Origin: a virus
Strand: one strand, 5' to 3'
Length of the DNA stretch: 64,000 nucleotides
IMG/VR virus record: IMGVR_UViG_3300050821_010764
Span: 64,001-128,000 of that record
A program made the translations under genes and the position numbers. Position 1 is the first letter of the stretch; each line of letters starts with the position of its first letter. A model generated the notes under the pieces. The model was not told where the DNA came from and ran no database searches. It worked only from the letters and a program-made list of their open reading frames with translations. Shown piece after piece: positions 29,455 through 39,085 of the stretch.

Positions 29455-30468
29455 ATGAATATGTTTAGCAACCAAGGCCAAATGAATGCCTCATCCCTTA
29501 AGGATGCACTACAAACTCTTGTTAAGTATGCAGCCGTTCTTGAAGAGAACACTCCATCTAACATGGGTCTTGCAGGACAAACTGCCCTAAGTGATGATAA
29601 GCGCGATGAATTGATTTCTCGCGCTATTATGACTCAAGATGGCAAGATTGCTCTAGCTCAGGCTATGGCAAACCCAATCCGTAGAAACTTGGATTACCAC
29701 GGTATCGCACGTCGTGCCTTGGTCGTTGACCCACTACCACAAGGTGCAATGCCAACTTACGATAGAGATATCGATGTTGCTGCTGTTGTTATCTCAAGCA
29801 ACGGTACTGGTCCAGAGTCCAGAGTATTCGGCGACAGAGTTGTCGTTCCAGAATTCGAAATCTATGCAAACCCAACGGTGAGAATCGCTGAAGTTAAGAG
29901 ACGTAGATTTAACGTAATTGACAGAGCAGTTCAGAAGGCTCGTCAAGAAATCATGGCTCAGGAAGATGCTAACATCTTCGCAGCTCTTGATGCAGCAGCT
30001 TCTGTTGAAAACGTCCTAACCGACATCGCAGATGCAGGTCTTCTAAAGAGAGACCTTGTCGAAATCAAGCAACAAATTGATCGTTGGGACTTAGTTACTA
30101 CTAAGTACTTCATGAACATCAATGAGTTCACTGATATCCTTAAGTGGGGTTCAGGTGGTGGACAAGGCGTAGGCGGCGGAGATTTCGATCCTGTCACTAT
30201 GAGAGAAGTTCTACAAACTGGTCTTTACGCCCACATCTGGGGTACTGACATCATGGTTTCCAAGATCGTTCCACCAGGAACCATCTACGGTGCCGCAGAC
30301 CCTGAGTTCGTTGGTGTTATGCCAATCAGACAGGACATTGAAGTGCTACCAGCAGACGAGCCAAAGCAATTGAAGCTTGGATGGGTAGTTTCCGAGATCA
30401 TCGGTATTGCTATCGTTAACCCACGTGGTTGCGCAGCAGGTCGTAAGTCTGTCGTAATCGGAGCCTAA
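29455..30468 (+). CDS. Major capsid protein (HK97 fold), 337 aa
   Basis: AGGAG RBS before ATG 29455; position, size and strong codon bias; RRALVVDPLP, PEFEIYANP and EIMAQED are capsid-like segments; strong terminator follows. Confidence 0.85.
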   Translation: MNMFSNQGQMNASSLKDALQTLVKYAAVLEENTPSNMGLAGQTALSDDKRDELISRAIMTQDGKIALAQAMANPIRRNLDYHGIARRALVVDPLPQGAMPTYDRDIDVAAVVISSNGTGPESRVFGDRVVVPEFEIYANPTVRIAEVKRRRFNVIDRAVQKARQEIMAQEDANIFAALDAAASVENVLTDIADAGLLKRDLVEIKQQIDRWDLVTTKYFMNINEFTDILKWGSGGGQGVGGGDFDPVTMREVLQTGLYAHIWGTDIMVSKIVPPGTIYGAADPEFVGVMPIRQDIEVLPADEPKQLKLGWVVSEIIGIAIVNPRGCAAGRKSVVIGA

Positions 30469-30491
30469 TAAGCCTGATTGAATAAAGTTCA

Positions 30492-30531
30492 AAATCCCCT
30501 CTTAGCGAAAGCTAAGAGGGGATTTCTATTT
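30492..30531. terminator. Bidirectional intrinsic terminator between the MCP and the CCA-enzyme gene
   Basis: Perfect 15-bp stem AAATCCCCTCTTAGC-GAAA-GCTAAGAGGGGATTT. Confidence 0.9.
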
Positions 30532-31773
30532 CTACTGTCCTGCCGCGAAGTCCAGCAAGAAGCTCTTGTTATTGTTGTCCGGATTTCTCAGAATTTCCAA
30601 ATAACAAGCTTCCAAAATGGATTTAATTTGCGGTCCCGGCTTGATGCCGATAACCAGCAAATCGTCTCCATTTAATTGCATTTCGCGCTTGGCGAAGACA
30701 GTTTCGCTAACGTATTTGCCGAACTGCACCCTAGAGTTGATTTCCATAGCCTCAGTCAATCGTATAAATTGGTCAAAGGTATAGTCCCAGGGGTCAGGGG
30801 CATGGTTCTTAATGACCGCCATAAAGCTCTTATAAGCCAAAGGCGTGTCCTTCTTAAGGAATTCATTATACCTGTCCAAAAGGCTCAGTAAGAAAGTGAC
30901 TCTTTTGATTTCTTTATTAGGAAACTTTAAGAATAACAGTTCTGCCTGTACCTGTTCGACTGGGCACATGCCATACATAAATGCCAAGCGAGTTTCTAGT
31001 TCCTCTTGACATTTATCTAAGAAGGGCAAGAAGTGCATATAGACATCTCGGCTACAGAGGAATGGACAAGCCACTGCCAATGCACCCGATTGTTGAAGCA
31101 GTTGAATCCCATACGAAGGATCCTTCGTCATCAAGGTTTTGCACAACTCATCTTGAATACGTTCCTTGGAAACCTTCTTCAAGGTTTCAAGGCTGCTTTT
31201 CATTCCAGTAAAAGTAGGAGATTCCACCGCATAACCAAAACGAGCGGCGAATCGTGCAACTCGCATGATTCGGAGTCCGTCTTCTTGGAATCTAGTTTCT
31301 GGATTTCCAACTGCTCGAATAATTCCTTTGTGTAGGTCTTCTAATCCACCATAAGGATCGACTAAACGATCTGCAATAGGGTCGTAGGCGATAGCGTTGA
31401 TGGTCAAGTCTCGTCTTGCCAAGTCTTGTTCCACATTGAGCACAAAGAAGACTTCTTCTGGACGTCGTCCGTCCTTGTATTCTCCTTCGATGCGAAAGGT
31501 GGTAACTTCGAAATGATTTTCGACACCTGGACCCATCACTACCGTGACAGTTCCGTGCTGCAAACCCGTGGGAATGGTCTTAGGAAATAATCCAATGACT
31601 TCTTGCGGGCTAGCATCCGTGGTAATATCCCAATCCTTGGGGGTTTGACCAAGCAGTAAGTCGCGCACACACCCACCTACGATGAAGGCTTGGTAACCTT
31701 CCGCGCTCAGGACGCGGCACACCTCGAAAGCTTGAGGATTGACGTGTTGTTGCGAAATTTGTACGTTTAGCAT
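30532..31773 (-). CDS. cca: CCA-adding tRNA nucleotidyltransferase (class II)
   Basis: GGCVRD, DWDI, EVTTFR-EGEYKDGRRP flexible loop, RRDLTINA, EDGLRIMR, SKERI, and C-terminal NGDDLL..G..PGPQI. Confidence 0.9.
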   Translation of the reverse strand: MLNVQISQQHVNPQAFEVCRVLSAEGYQAFIVGGCVRDLLLGQTPKDWDITTDASPQEVIGLFPKTIPTGLQHGTVTVVMGPGVENHFEVTTFRIEGEYKDGRRPEEVFFVLNVEQDLARRDLTINAIAYDPIADRLVDPYGGLEDLHKGIIRAVGNPETRFQEDGLRIMRVARFAARFGYAVESPTFTGMKSSLETLKKVSKERIQDELCKTLMTKDPSYGIQLLQQSGALAVACPFLCSRDVYMHFLPFLDKCQEELETRLAFMYGMCPVEQVQAELLFLKFPNKEIKRVTFLLSLLDRYNEFLKKDTPLAYKSFMAVIKNHAPDPWDYTFDQFIRLTEAMEINSRVQFGKYVSETVFAKREMQLNGDDLLVIGIKPGPQIKSILEACYLEILRNPDNNNKSFLLDFAAGQ

Positions 31774-31780
31774 GTCACCG

Positions 31781-31808
31781 AACGTAAATCTTTAAAAATT
31801 GCTGTCAA
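31781..31808 (-). promoter_or_regulatory. Sigma70-type promoter for cca, probably leaderless
   Basis: TTGACA-N16-TACGTT on the minus strand, ending 7 nt before the ATG; no RBS. Confidence 0.55.
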
Positions 31809-31879
31809 GGGTTGCGGATATTTATCCGGGGCAAGTGTAATAATACAGCATAATATTGAACTACACCCGAAAGAAGAGC

Positions 31880-32584
31880 ATGAAACTAGACACCATTTCA
31901 GAGCTATATCAATTAATTTCTAGCGGAACTCAAAATCTTCCAGCTAGAAAACAATCTATTCTGCTAAGAAAAGCGGGTCTTGCTGCTCATGTGTCTGGCA
32001 CAGGTTTTAATAAAGTAGCTTTTGATACCAGACGTATTGATCAAGAAACTGAATATAATCCTCGTCGTGGTTTACAGAATTACAATCGAAGTGAAGCTTT
32101 TCTTTCCGAAGCTATGGGACAAAAACTTATTCATCTATCTAAACTCAAGGGAGTGCTAGATGATTTGAAGCAAGAATTTGGTAAAGAACATGAATGGCAA
32201 GACAGTAATGCTCGTGTTCTTTTATCTACACTTGATCAGGGTATGCGCACTCTTCAAAAAGATGGTGACTACTCCGATGCCCAGCCGTCTCAAGGCAGCA
32301 TTGATTACATTGAAGAGCTATTGCATGTTAGATATAGACTTGGTCTGGATGATTTAACAAGGCTTGGTAAATCTGAATTGAAGAAAGTAATTCTATCTAA
32401 AGATGAAGAGATGACTCGCAAAGATGTTAATCGCGCCTTAGAAATTACTAAGAGTGATGTGGGTTCTCAAACTTATGACACTTTGATGGAAAAGTTGTTC
32501 GGAGGTGTCCGTGCAACTCAAGAAAACCCTGAAGTGGAGAGAACGGTCACGATTACGATCAAAGACAAGTTTGTGGAGAAGTAA
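31880..32584 (+). CDS. Hypothetical protein
   Basis: Likely start at ATG 31880 (ORF track starts it at 31856). Confidence 0.7.
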   Translation: MKLDTISELYQLISSGTQNLPARKQSILLRKAGLAAHVSGTGFNKVAFDTRRIDQETEYNPRRGLQNYNRSEAFLSEAMGQKLIHLSKLKGVLDDLKQEFGKEHEWQDSNARVLLSTLDQGMRTLQKDGDYSDAQPSQGSIDYIEELLHVRYRLGLDDLTRLGKSELKKVILSKDEEMTRKDVNRALEITKSDVGSQTYDTLMEKLFGGVRATQENPEVERTVTITIKDKFVEK

Positions 32585-32587
32585 GTC

Positions 32588-33349
32588 ATGAGTAGCGAGA
32601 GCAATTTTGCATATTCTTTAAAGTACAATACGCACTTTATCGTAAAAAACATTACGGGTTATACCGACGCCCAAATTCTTGCAGAAGAAAATTTGTTTAT
32701 TCCTTTTGAGGTTAGATCTACCCGTAAAGTAATCAATATTTTTCTTTATCCAATTAATCCTGGTGAAACCAGAGATTTATTACAGATTCCCGGAGTTCAA
32801 GAGGAAGACATTAGATCATCTCTTCTTAAGGGTGTACTTAGACACAAGTTTTTATGTGGTGATATTGCTCTAGTCTCTAGTAATATTGATCTTCTTCAGT
32901 TTAGCGATAAGCAACGTGCTTTCTTGCAAAAATTTGGATTTGGCGAAGGTGTTCAGATTGGCTGGGATGAATTGGATGGATACACTCAGGGACAGATCAA
33001 TTCTGGTGGTGACAATGATGATGGATACATCACCGAGAAACAACATAAGACATTAAGAGATCTTATTCATTTCGTTGATCAGGGTCCTGGTGATGGATTT
33101 GCTTCGGGTGCTTTCAAAGAAGATTTGCCGTTGGGCAGTCCCTTTCCAACCTCAATCATTTGGTATTTAGATGTAGGTAAGACTAAAAAATTAGTGGCCA
33201 AAACAATTACTTATGGTATCAATAAATTTCCTATTACTATTCAATGGGATATGTATGATTATGATGGTGTAACTTTGATTCATACGGTCACTGACCATAT
33301 TACTTATAGTACGGCTTTTGAAGCAACTAGAATAAGGACTATTAGCTAA
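32588..33349 (+). CDS. Putative virion structural protein
   Basis: 253 aa; two DGY motifs. Confidence 0.65.
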   Translation: MSSESNFAYSLKYNTHFIVKNITGYTDAQILAEENLFIPFEVRSTRKVINIFLYPINPGETRDLLQIPGVQEEDIRSSLLKGVLRHKFLCGDIALVSSNIDLLQFSDKQRAFLQKFGFGEGVQIGWDELDGYTQGQINSGGDNDDGYITEKQHKTLRDLIHFVDQGPGDGFASGAFKEDLPLGSPFPTSIIWYLDVGKTKKLVAKTITYGINKFPITIQWDMYDYDGVTLIHTVTDHITYSTAFEATRIRTIS

Positions 33350-33846
33350 TGTCAACCGATTCACCAGCGGCAATTTTATTTGATGAGCTTGGTAATCCAG
33401 TTGGGGTTATGCTGGATGGTTACGTTTATCGTTTGCAAGTTGAAACCATTATTACTGACACTTCGGGCAATGGTCCAGCCGCTGTCAAACCACCTAATAC
33501 TGCCGCAGTTGCTGCCGACCCGGCTCTAGTAGTAGCTTTTTCTCCCAATAACCCTATTACGGTATCTAGTGCTCGTCCGGCTACTTCTACCACTCATAGC
33601 GTGGTCGGCTCTGCCACCAACGTAGTTCTTTTAGCCTCTAATACTACTCGTTTAGGCGCAACCATCTATAATGATTCTTCTGCTTTATTGTATGTGAAGC
33701 TTGGTGCTACGGCTAGTACAACTGATTTTACTATTAAAATGTTTCCATTAGGTTATTATGAAATTCCGTATGGTTATACTGGTGAAATAGATGGAATTTG
33801 GTCATCAGCTCTTGGTCATGCAAGAATTGATGAACTTACTCCTTAA
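33349..33846 (+). CDS. Modular fibre/decoration-like protein 1
   Basis: Shares N-terminal, DPALVV and C-terminal (...ELTP) modules with downstream genes. Confidence 0.7.
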   Translation: MSTDSPAAILFDELGNPVGVMLDGYVYRLQVETIITDTSGNGPAAVKPPNTAAVAADPALVVAFSPNNPITVSSARPATSTTHSVVGSATNVVLLASNTTRLGATIYNDSSALLYVKLGATASTTDFTIKMFPLGYYEIPYGYTGEIDGIWSSALGHARIDELTP

Positions 33847-33905
33847 ACAATGCATAAAATTATATTAATGTAGAAAGATACTTCTAACTTACAAGAGGCA
33901 ATCAT

Positions 33906-35048
33906 ATGTCAGGTGAATCCCCAGCATCAGTTTTATTTAGCTCAGACGGTACAGAATTAGCCGTTGTAAGTGGTAGTGCGATCCCAACTAGTACCAGGGC
34001 ACTATTAATTTCTGGTCAAAATCCAAGCGGTAACGCTACTTATGTACCATCATCTTTACATGGTGCTTTTGGTACTGCCGAGATGTCCAACGATTTCTCG
34101 ATTCAGTCTAACGCTACGTTAATAGCCAGCGGTTCTACTTTAGTCACCGCTAACTATTTCGGTACTCACGAAATTGCATTGATTGTTAACGTTACAGTGG
34201 CTCCAACCGGTACTACTCCAACACTATCATATTCTATTCAGGAAGTTGATCCTGGCAACGGCACTACACTTTATGGTAGCACCGCCTCTACCGGCTCTAT
34301 TACTGGTACCGGTGTGTTTACAGCCATTTTGAATGTGACCACCAGCTCTATGGTCAAGGTTACTTGGACCATTACTGGTACTACGCCAAGCTTCACTGGC
34401 GTTTACGCTACGATCACTACTAAGAACACTCCATCCACTCAGACTATTAACGGAACAGTTACATCAACTAACCCGTCCGTAGGTACTGATGGCGGTGCTT
34501 CTCTTACTTCTGATACTCAGGTTGGTGGTATTGCAACTACAGCTGCTCCAACTTATACCACTGGCACTCTAGATGCGTTGTCTTTGACATTAGGTGGTCA
34601 GTTGCGTATCGATGGTGCTTATCCAAAAGCTACTACTACCGCTAACTCTGCTGATATGATGCAGGTAGGTGGTATCGTTACTACTGCTGCTCCAGCCTAT
34701 ACTACTGGTCAGATTAACGCCCTATCTTTGGATACTGCTGGTAATCTACGTGTTTCGGCAATTACTAATAAGGCAGCAACTTCCGCTGTTACTTCTGTTG
34801 CCGTCACAGCCAGCACTAACACTACTTTGTTGGCTTCTAACGCTAGCAGAATTTTCGCCTCTATATTCAACGGCTCTAACAAGACCATTTACATTAAATT
34901 GGGAACTACTGCCAGCTTAACCAGTTATACAATTCAGTTGTTTACTGGTTCTTATTGGGAAGTTCCAAACGACTACACCGGTAACATTGATGAATTCTCT
35001 CCAGCCGGCGCATCTGGAAACGTTCTTGTAACTGAGCTAACTCCATAA
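33906..35048 (+). CDS. Modular fibre/decoration-like protein 2 (Thr-rich)
   Basis: C-terminal domain paralogous to 33349; QVGG..TTAAP.YT.G repeats. Confidence 0.7.
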   Translation: MSGESPASVLFSSDGTELAVVSGSAIPTSTRALLISGQNPSGNATYVPSSLHGAFGTAEMSNDFSIQSNATLIASGSTLVTANYFGTHEIALIVNVTVAPTGTTPTLSYSIQEVDPGNGTTLYGSTASTGSITGTGVFTAILNVTTSSMVKVTWTITGTTPSFTGVYATITTKNTPSTQTINGTVTSTNPSVGTDGGASLTSDTQVGGIATTAAPTYTTGTLDALSLTLGGQLRIDGAYPKATTTANSADMMQVGGIVTTAAPAYTTGQINALSLDTAGNLRVSAITNKAATSAVTSVAVTASTNTTLLASNASRIFASIFNGSNKTIYIKLGTTASLTSYTIQLFTGSYWEVPNDYTGNIDEFSPAGASGNVLVTELTP

Positions 35049-35074
35049 TCTGATTGATTGGTGGATAAAAATGA

Positions 35075-35113
35075 AAAAGAAGCTTGCTAGAAATAGCAAG
35101 CTTCTTTTATTTT
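35075..35113 (+). terminator. Intrinsic terminator
   Basis: AAAAGAAGCTTGCTA-GAAA-TAGCAAGCTTCTTTT followed by a T tract. Confidence 0.85.
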
Positions 35114-35144
35114 ATCTATAATCCAGCATTTAGACGAGGAGAAA

Positions 35145-38117
35145 ATGTCAGGAACAAATCCAGAGTCAGTACTGTATGATATTAATGGAAATCCATTAGC
35201 CGTACAGAGCGGATCAGCAACGCCTACCTCTACTCCAGCTTTAATGATGGCTGGTTCAGATGGTGCTAATTCTAGATTCATCTTAGTTGATGGTTCTGGT
35301 CGCACAGTTGCGGTTGGAGCTGGTGTGGCGGGAACGCCTGCTGGTGGAGTACTGTCTATTCAAGGTATCTCTGGTGGTACAGTCGTTCCTATCAGCGGAA
35401 CCCTTACAGCCAATCAGGGAACCGCTAACACTATAGCTAACTCTTGGCCAATAGAAGTGACCGATGGTACTAATATTTTGGGTACCGCCGCTCATCCAAT
35501 TAGAATAGATCCAACGGGCACAACTATCCAACCAGTCTCAGGAACTGTAGCCGTTACACAAAGTACCTCTCCTTGGGTAGTGGGACAAGCTACCGCTTCT
35601 AGCTTAAATGCTACGGTTGTTGGATTAGGCGGCGCGGGCGCGCCCTCTGGTGGAATTATATCTACTCAAGTTCCAGATACAATAAATTCTGGAACTTTGA
35701 ATGCCTTGAATGCTGTTGTTTCGGTCTCATTAACTGGCAATCATGGCGCTGGTATGCAGTTATTGGCTGGTACTTTGCAAGGCACTATCACTCCTGAAAT
35801 TTCTTATGATGGCGGGACCACCTGGGTCGCCTCCTTTTTTGACGATCCGGTTACGGGAAATAAAGTTGCTACCATAGTTTTCGGAGCTAACAACACTGCT
35901 ACTGCCAGAACTATTGTAGCGCCCGCTGGTGCATCTCATGCTCGTGTTAGAGTTTCTGCTTTCACTTCGGGAACTGCGAATTGTAATATCCGCGCCACCA
36001 CATTAATAGAACCACCAGTTTTGTTTTCGGGCGCTGCTGGAGCAGCTTTACCACCAACTATCGTGCAAATGGGAGGTAATGATGGTAGTAATCTTAGAGC
36101 TATGCTTACAGATGCTTCCGGTCATCCAATCATTGTGGGTCCAGGAGTAGCTGGCACGCCATCTGGTGGAGTGGTAACTATTCAGGGAGTCTCTGGGGGA
36201 ACTGTAGTGCCCGTTAGTGGTACGGTAGCAGTTACACAGAGCACTTCTCCTTGGGCAGATAATATCACTCAGTTTGGTGGAACTAATATTTCTACTGGTA
36301 CTGGAGCTAGTGGAGCTGGTATTCCAAGAGTTACTGTTTCCAATGATTCCAATATTTTGGCAACACAATCTGGTTCTTGGACTGTTACCGATAATCAAGG
36401 AACTCCAAACACACTTGCCAATAAGTGGCCAGTTCAAGTTACGGACGGAACTAATACCATGCCAACTGGCGATGCAGTTGGTAGGGCTATTTTCGAGAAA
36501 ATTACCGATGGTACCAATACAGCTGCCGTCAAGGCGGCTTCCACTGCCGCTGTGGCAACCGATCCATCACTGGTAGTCGGCTTCTCACCTAACTCTCCAT
36601 TGCCAACAGGTGCTAATACTATAGGTATCGTTAATCAAGGCACTGCTGCCTCTCTAGCTAATGCTTGGTCTACCAAAATTACAGATGCTACCAATGGTCC
36701 GGTCGCCGTCAAAGCGGCATCTACCGCTGCCGTTGCTACTGATCCGGCTCTAGTCGTTGCCATTAGTCCTAACAATGTTATCAACGCTGCTGTTTCTGAC
36801 GTAACAGCTACTGGAACTTTAAATGCTCTTAACGCTACTGTTCAACTAGCTATTCAAGGCGAAAATGATGCTGGTATGCAATTAGTAGCCGGTACATTGG
36901 TGGGCACAATAGTGCCGGAAATTTCTATTGATGGTGGTACTACTTGGGCAGCCACCTTTTTCTCAGATCCAACTACTAAAAATAAAGTTTCCAGTATCGT
37001 TTTTGGCTCTAGTAACACCGCTACTACTAGAGCTATTGTTGGTGTTGGTGGCACATCACATGTTCGTGTTAGGGTGTCTGCTTTCACTTCTGGCACTGCT
37101 ACTTGTAATTTGCGTGCTACCGCCATGCAAGATCCGTCTAATATGTATGATAGTTCAGCGGGTGCTGCTCTCCCTCCAACCATTGCTCAGGTAGGAGGTT
37201 CAGTAACCACTGCCTCTCCAACTTATGTAACTGGTACTGCTAACGCCTTATCTTTAGACACATCCGGTCGTCTGCGTGAAGATGTTACCTCTTGGCTAGG
37301 TTCTACAGCTCCCACTGTGGGACAGAAAACCATGGCTAACTCTGTGCCAGTCACCATTGCTTCTGATCAATCTGCTATTCCAGTTTCCATTTCTGCTCCG
37401 GCTGGAGCTAGAGTGGGTCTTGTTCAAGGAATAGTTATCCTGGGTGGAGGTACCGGAGGATCATTGAATGCCATTCGTGCTACCACTTATAATGAACAGA
37501 CTACCAATGCTCAACGTTCCGTTTCTTCTGCTAGTGCCAGCGACACCTCTGCGGGGACGGGCGCCCGACAAATAACTATTACCTATTATGATCAAACTTG
37601 CGCCGGTCCTTTTACTGAAGTGGTTACTATGAATGGTACTACTTCGGTAAATACTGTTAGTACTACAATTTGTTTTATCGAAAAAATACAAGTTACTAGC
37701 GTTGGATCAGGAGGTACTAATGCCGGAGTAATTACATTATTTGTCAGTACTGCGGGCGGTGGAGGAACTATTGGTACTATTGGAACCGGTAACGTCGTAT
37801 CTGGAGTAGGAGATAGACAAACATTGTGGGCTCATCATTATATTGCTACCGGAAAAACTGCTCAGTTGGCAACCCTAGTAATTGGATCAACCAACTCCAG
37901 CGCCTCTAATGCTACTTTCTTAATGAGGTCTAAAGATCCAACAAGTGCTACTAGTTCGGACCTTCAGATCAGCGACTTCTTACCATCCAATATTTCTACG
38001 GTAAGAGCCTTGGGAATTCCTCTTAAAATTGCTGGTCCCGCCCGAATTTTGGTTTTGGGAAACCCAACTGGTAACAACAGCACTTTAGTCGCTTCATTCG
38101 ACTACTCGGAGACATAA
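35145..38117 (+). CDS. Modular fibre-like protein 3 (990 aa, internal duplications)
   Basis: G/T/A/S-rich; duplicated ~130-aa domain (35691-36077 vs 36813-37199). Confidence 0.75.
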   Translation: MSGTNPESVLYDINGNPLAVQSGSATPTSTPALMMAGSDGANSRFILVDGSGRTVAVGAGVAGTPAGGVLSIQGISGGTVVPISGTLTANQGTANTIANSWPIEVTDGTNILGTAAHPIRIDPTGTTIQPVSGTVAVTQSTSPWVVGQATASSLNATVVGLGGAGAPSGGIISTQVPDTINSGTLNALNAVVSVSLTGNHGAGMQLLAGTLQGTITPEISYDGGTTWVASFFDDPVTGNKVATIVFGANNTATARTIVAPAGASHARVRVSAFTSGTANCNIRATTLIEPPVLFSGAAGAALPPTIVQMGGNDGSNLRAMLTDASGHPIIVGPGVAGTPSGGVVTIQGVSGGTVVPVSGTVAVTQSTSPWADNITQFGGTNISTGTGASGAGIPRVTVSNDSNILATQSGSWTVTDNQGTPNTLANKWPVQVTDGTNTMPTGDAVGRAIFEKITDGTNTAAVKAASTAAVATDPSLVVGFSPNSPLPTGANTIGIVNQGTAASLANAWSTKITDATNGPVAVKAASTAAVATDPALVVAISPNNVINAAVSDVTATGTLNALNATVQLAIQGENDAGMQLVAGTLVGTIVPEISIDGGTTWAATFFSDPTTKNKVSSIVFGSSNTATTRAIVGVGGTSHVRVRVSAFTSGTATCNLRATAMQDPSNMYDSSAGAALPPTIAQVGGSVTTASPTYVTGTANALSLDTSGRLREDVTSWLGSTAPTVGQKTMANSVPVTIASDQSAIPVSISAPAGARVGLVQGIVILGGGTGGSLNAIRATTYNEQTTNAQRSVSSASASDTSAGTGARQITITYYDQTCAGPFTEVVTMNGTTSVNTVSTTICFIEKIQVTSVGSGGTNAGVITLFVSTAGGGGTIGTIGTGNVVSGVGDRQTLWAHHYIATGKTAQLATLVIGSTNSSASNATFLMRSKDPTSATSSDLQISDFLPSNISTVRALGIPLKIAGPARILVLGNPTGNNSTLVASFDYSET

Positions 38118-38118
38118 A

Positions 38119-39084
38119 ATGCCAGTAACTTTTAGCAATCCCGTTATCTTATCATCTACTTGGACTGTTTTTAAGTCTAGTGCCATCACTGGTAAATCTT
38201 TATTGGTCCAGTATCAAGATGACGGTTCCATCTATACTATTTTTGCCATTGATTTATCAATTGCCTATACGTGTATTATCTGGAAGGGGACCGTACCAGA
38301 TGGTGTAATTAATAGTGGGTATTCACAAGCACAAAATGACACCGACAAAGCAGATTTTGAAAATAACTATAAAGCCCAAGCCAATAAAACTTTAACTCCT
38401 AAAAGCCAGGTAAATCTAGGGTACACTACTTCTGTTGGTAGCGCATTAACTGCTATTCGTGCTACAGCTTATGTTCAACAGACCACTAATGCTCAAAGAT
38501 CTTTAGTATCTAGCAGTGCTTCCGATACGGCAGCAGGTGCGGGTGCACAATCTATTAAAATAACATATTATGATCAAACTTTAGCTGGACCCTTCACTGA
38601 GACTGTTAGTTTGAATGGTATTACTGCCGTTAATACTGTAGGTACCAATATCTGTTTTATAGAAAAGATGGAGTGTACCTCTGTAGGAAATCAACTTTCT
38701 AATGTGGGAACTATTACTTTAACCATATCAACTGGTGGAGCTGGTGGAACTATAGGAACTATTGCGGCGGGTGATGGAATTACTAATTGGTGCCATCACT
38801 ATGTGGCTACCGGTAAAACCATGAATCTTGTTTCTGTCATAGGAACTATTCAAGGACAAAATAGTGGTGCCATGGAAGTCCATCGTACGGTTCCCACTGA
38901 CACAACAAAGACAGAATTAACGATTGCTCCCAAATATAGAATTACCACTAATTCATCTGGAACTTTGAGTTTTAATTCTCCAATTATGGTTGCCGGACCA
39001 GCTTTAGTTTTGGTGTATGGTCGTTCTGACGCATCTACTGGAAATCTAAATTGGTCCGTTGGTATGGGATATTACGAGGCTTAA
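38119..39084 (+). CDS. Modular fibre-like protein 4
   Basis: AIRATAY.QQTTNAQRS...ICFIEK...WCHHY domain shared with 35145 and 40056. Confidence 0.7.
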   Translation: MPVTFSNPVILSSTWTVFKSSAITGKSLLVQYQDDGSIYTIFAIDLSIAYTCIIWKGTVPDGVINSGYSQAQNDTDKADFENNYKAQANKTLTPKSQVNLGYTTSVGSALTAIRATAYVQQTTNAQRSLVSSSASDTAAGAGAQSIKITYYDQTLAGPFTETVSLNGITAVNTVGTNICFIEKMECTSVGNQLSNVGTITLTISTGGAGGTIGTIAAGDGITNWCHHYVATGKTMNLVSVIGTIQGQNSGAMEVHRTVPTDTTKTELTIAPKYRITTNSSGTLSFNSPIMVAGPALVLVYGRSDASTGNLNWSVGMGYYEA

Positions 39085-39085
39085 C

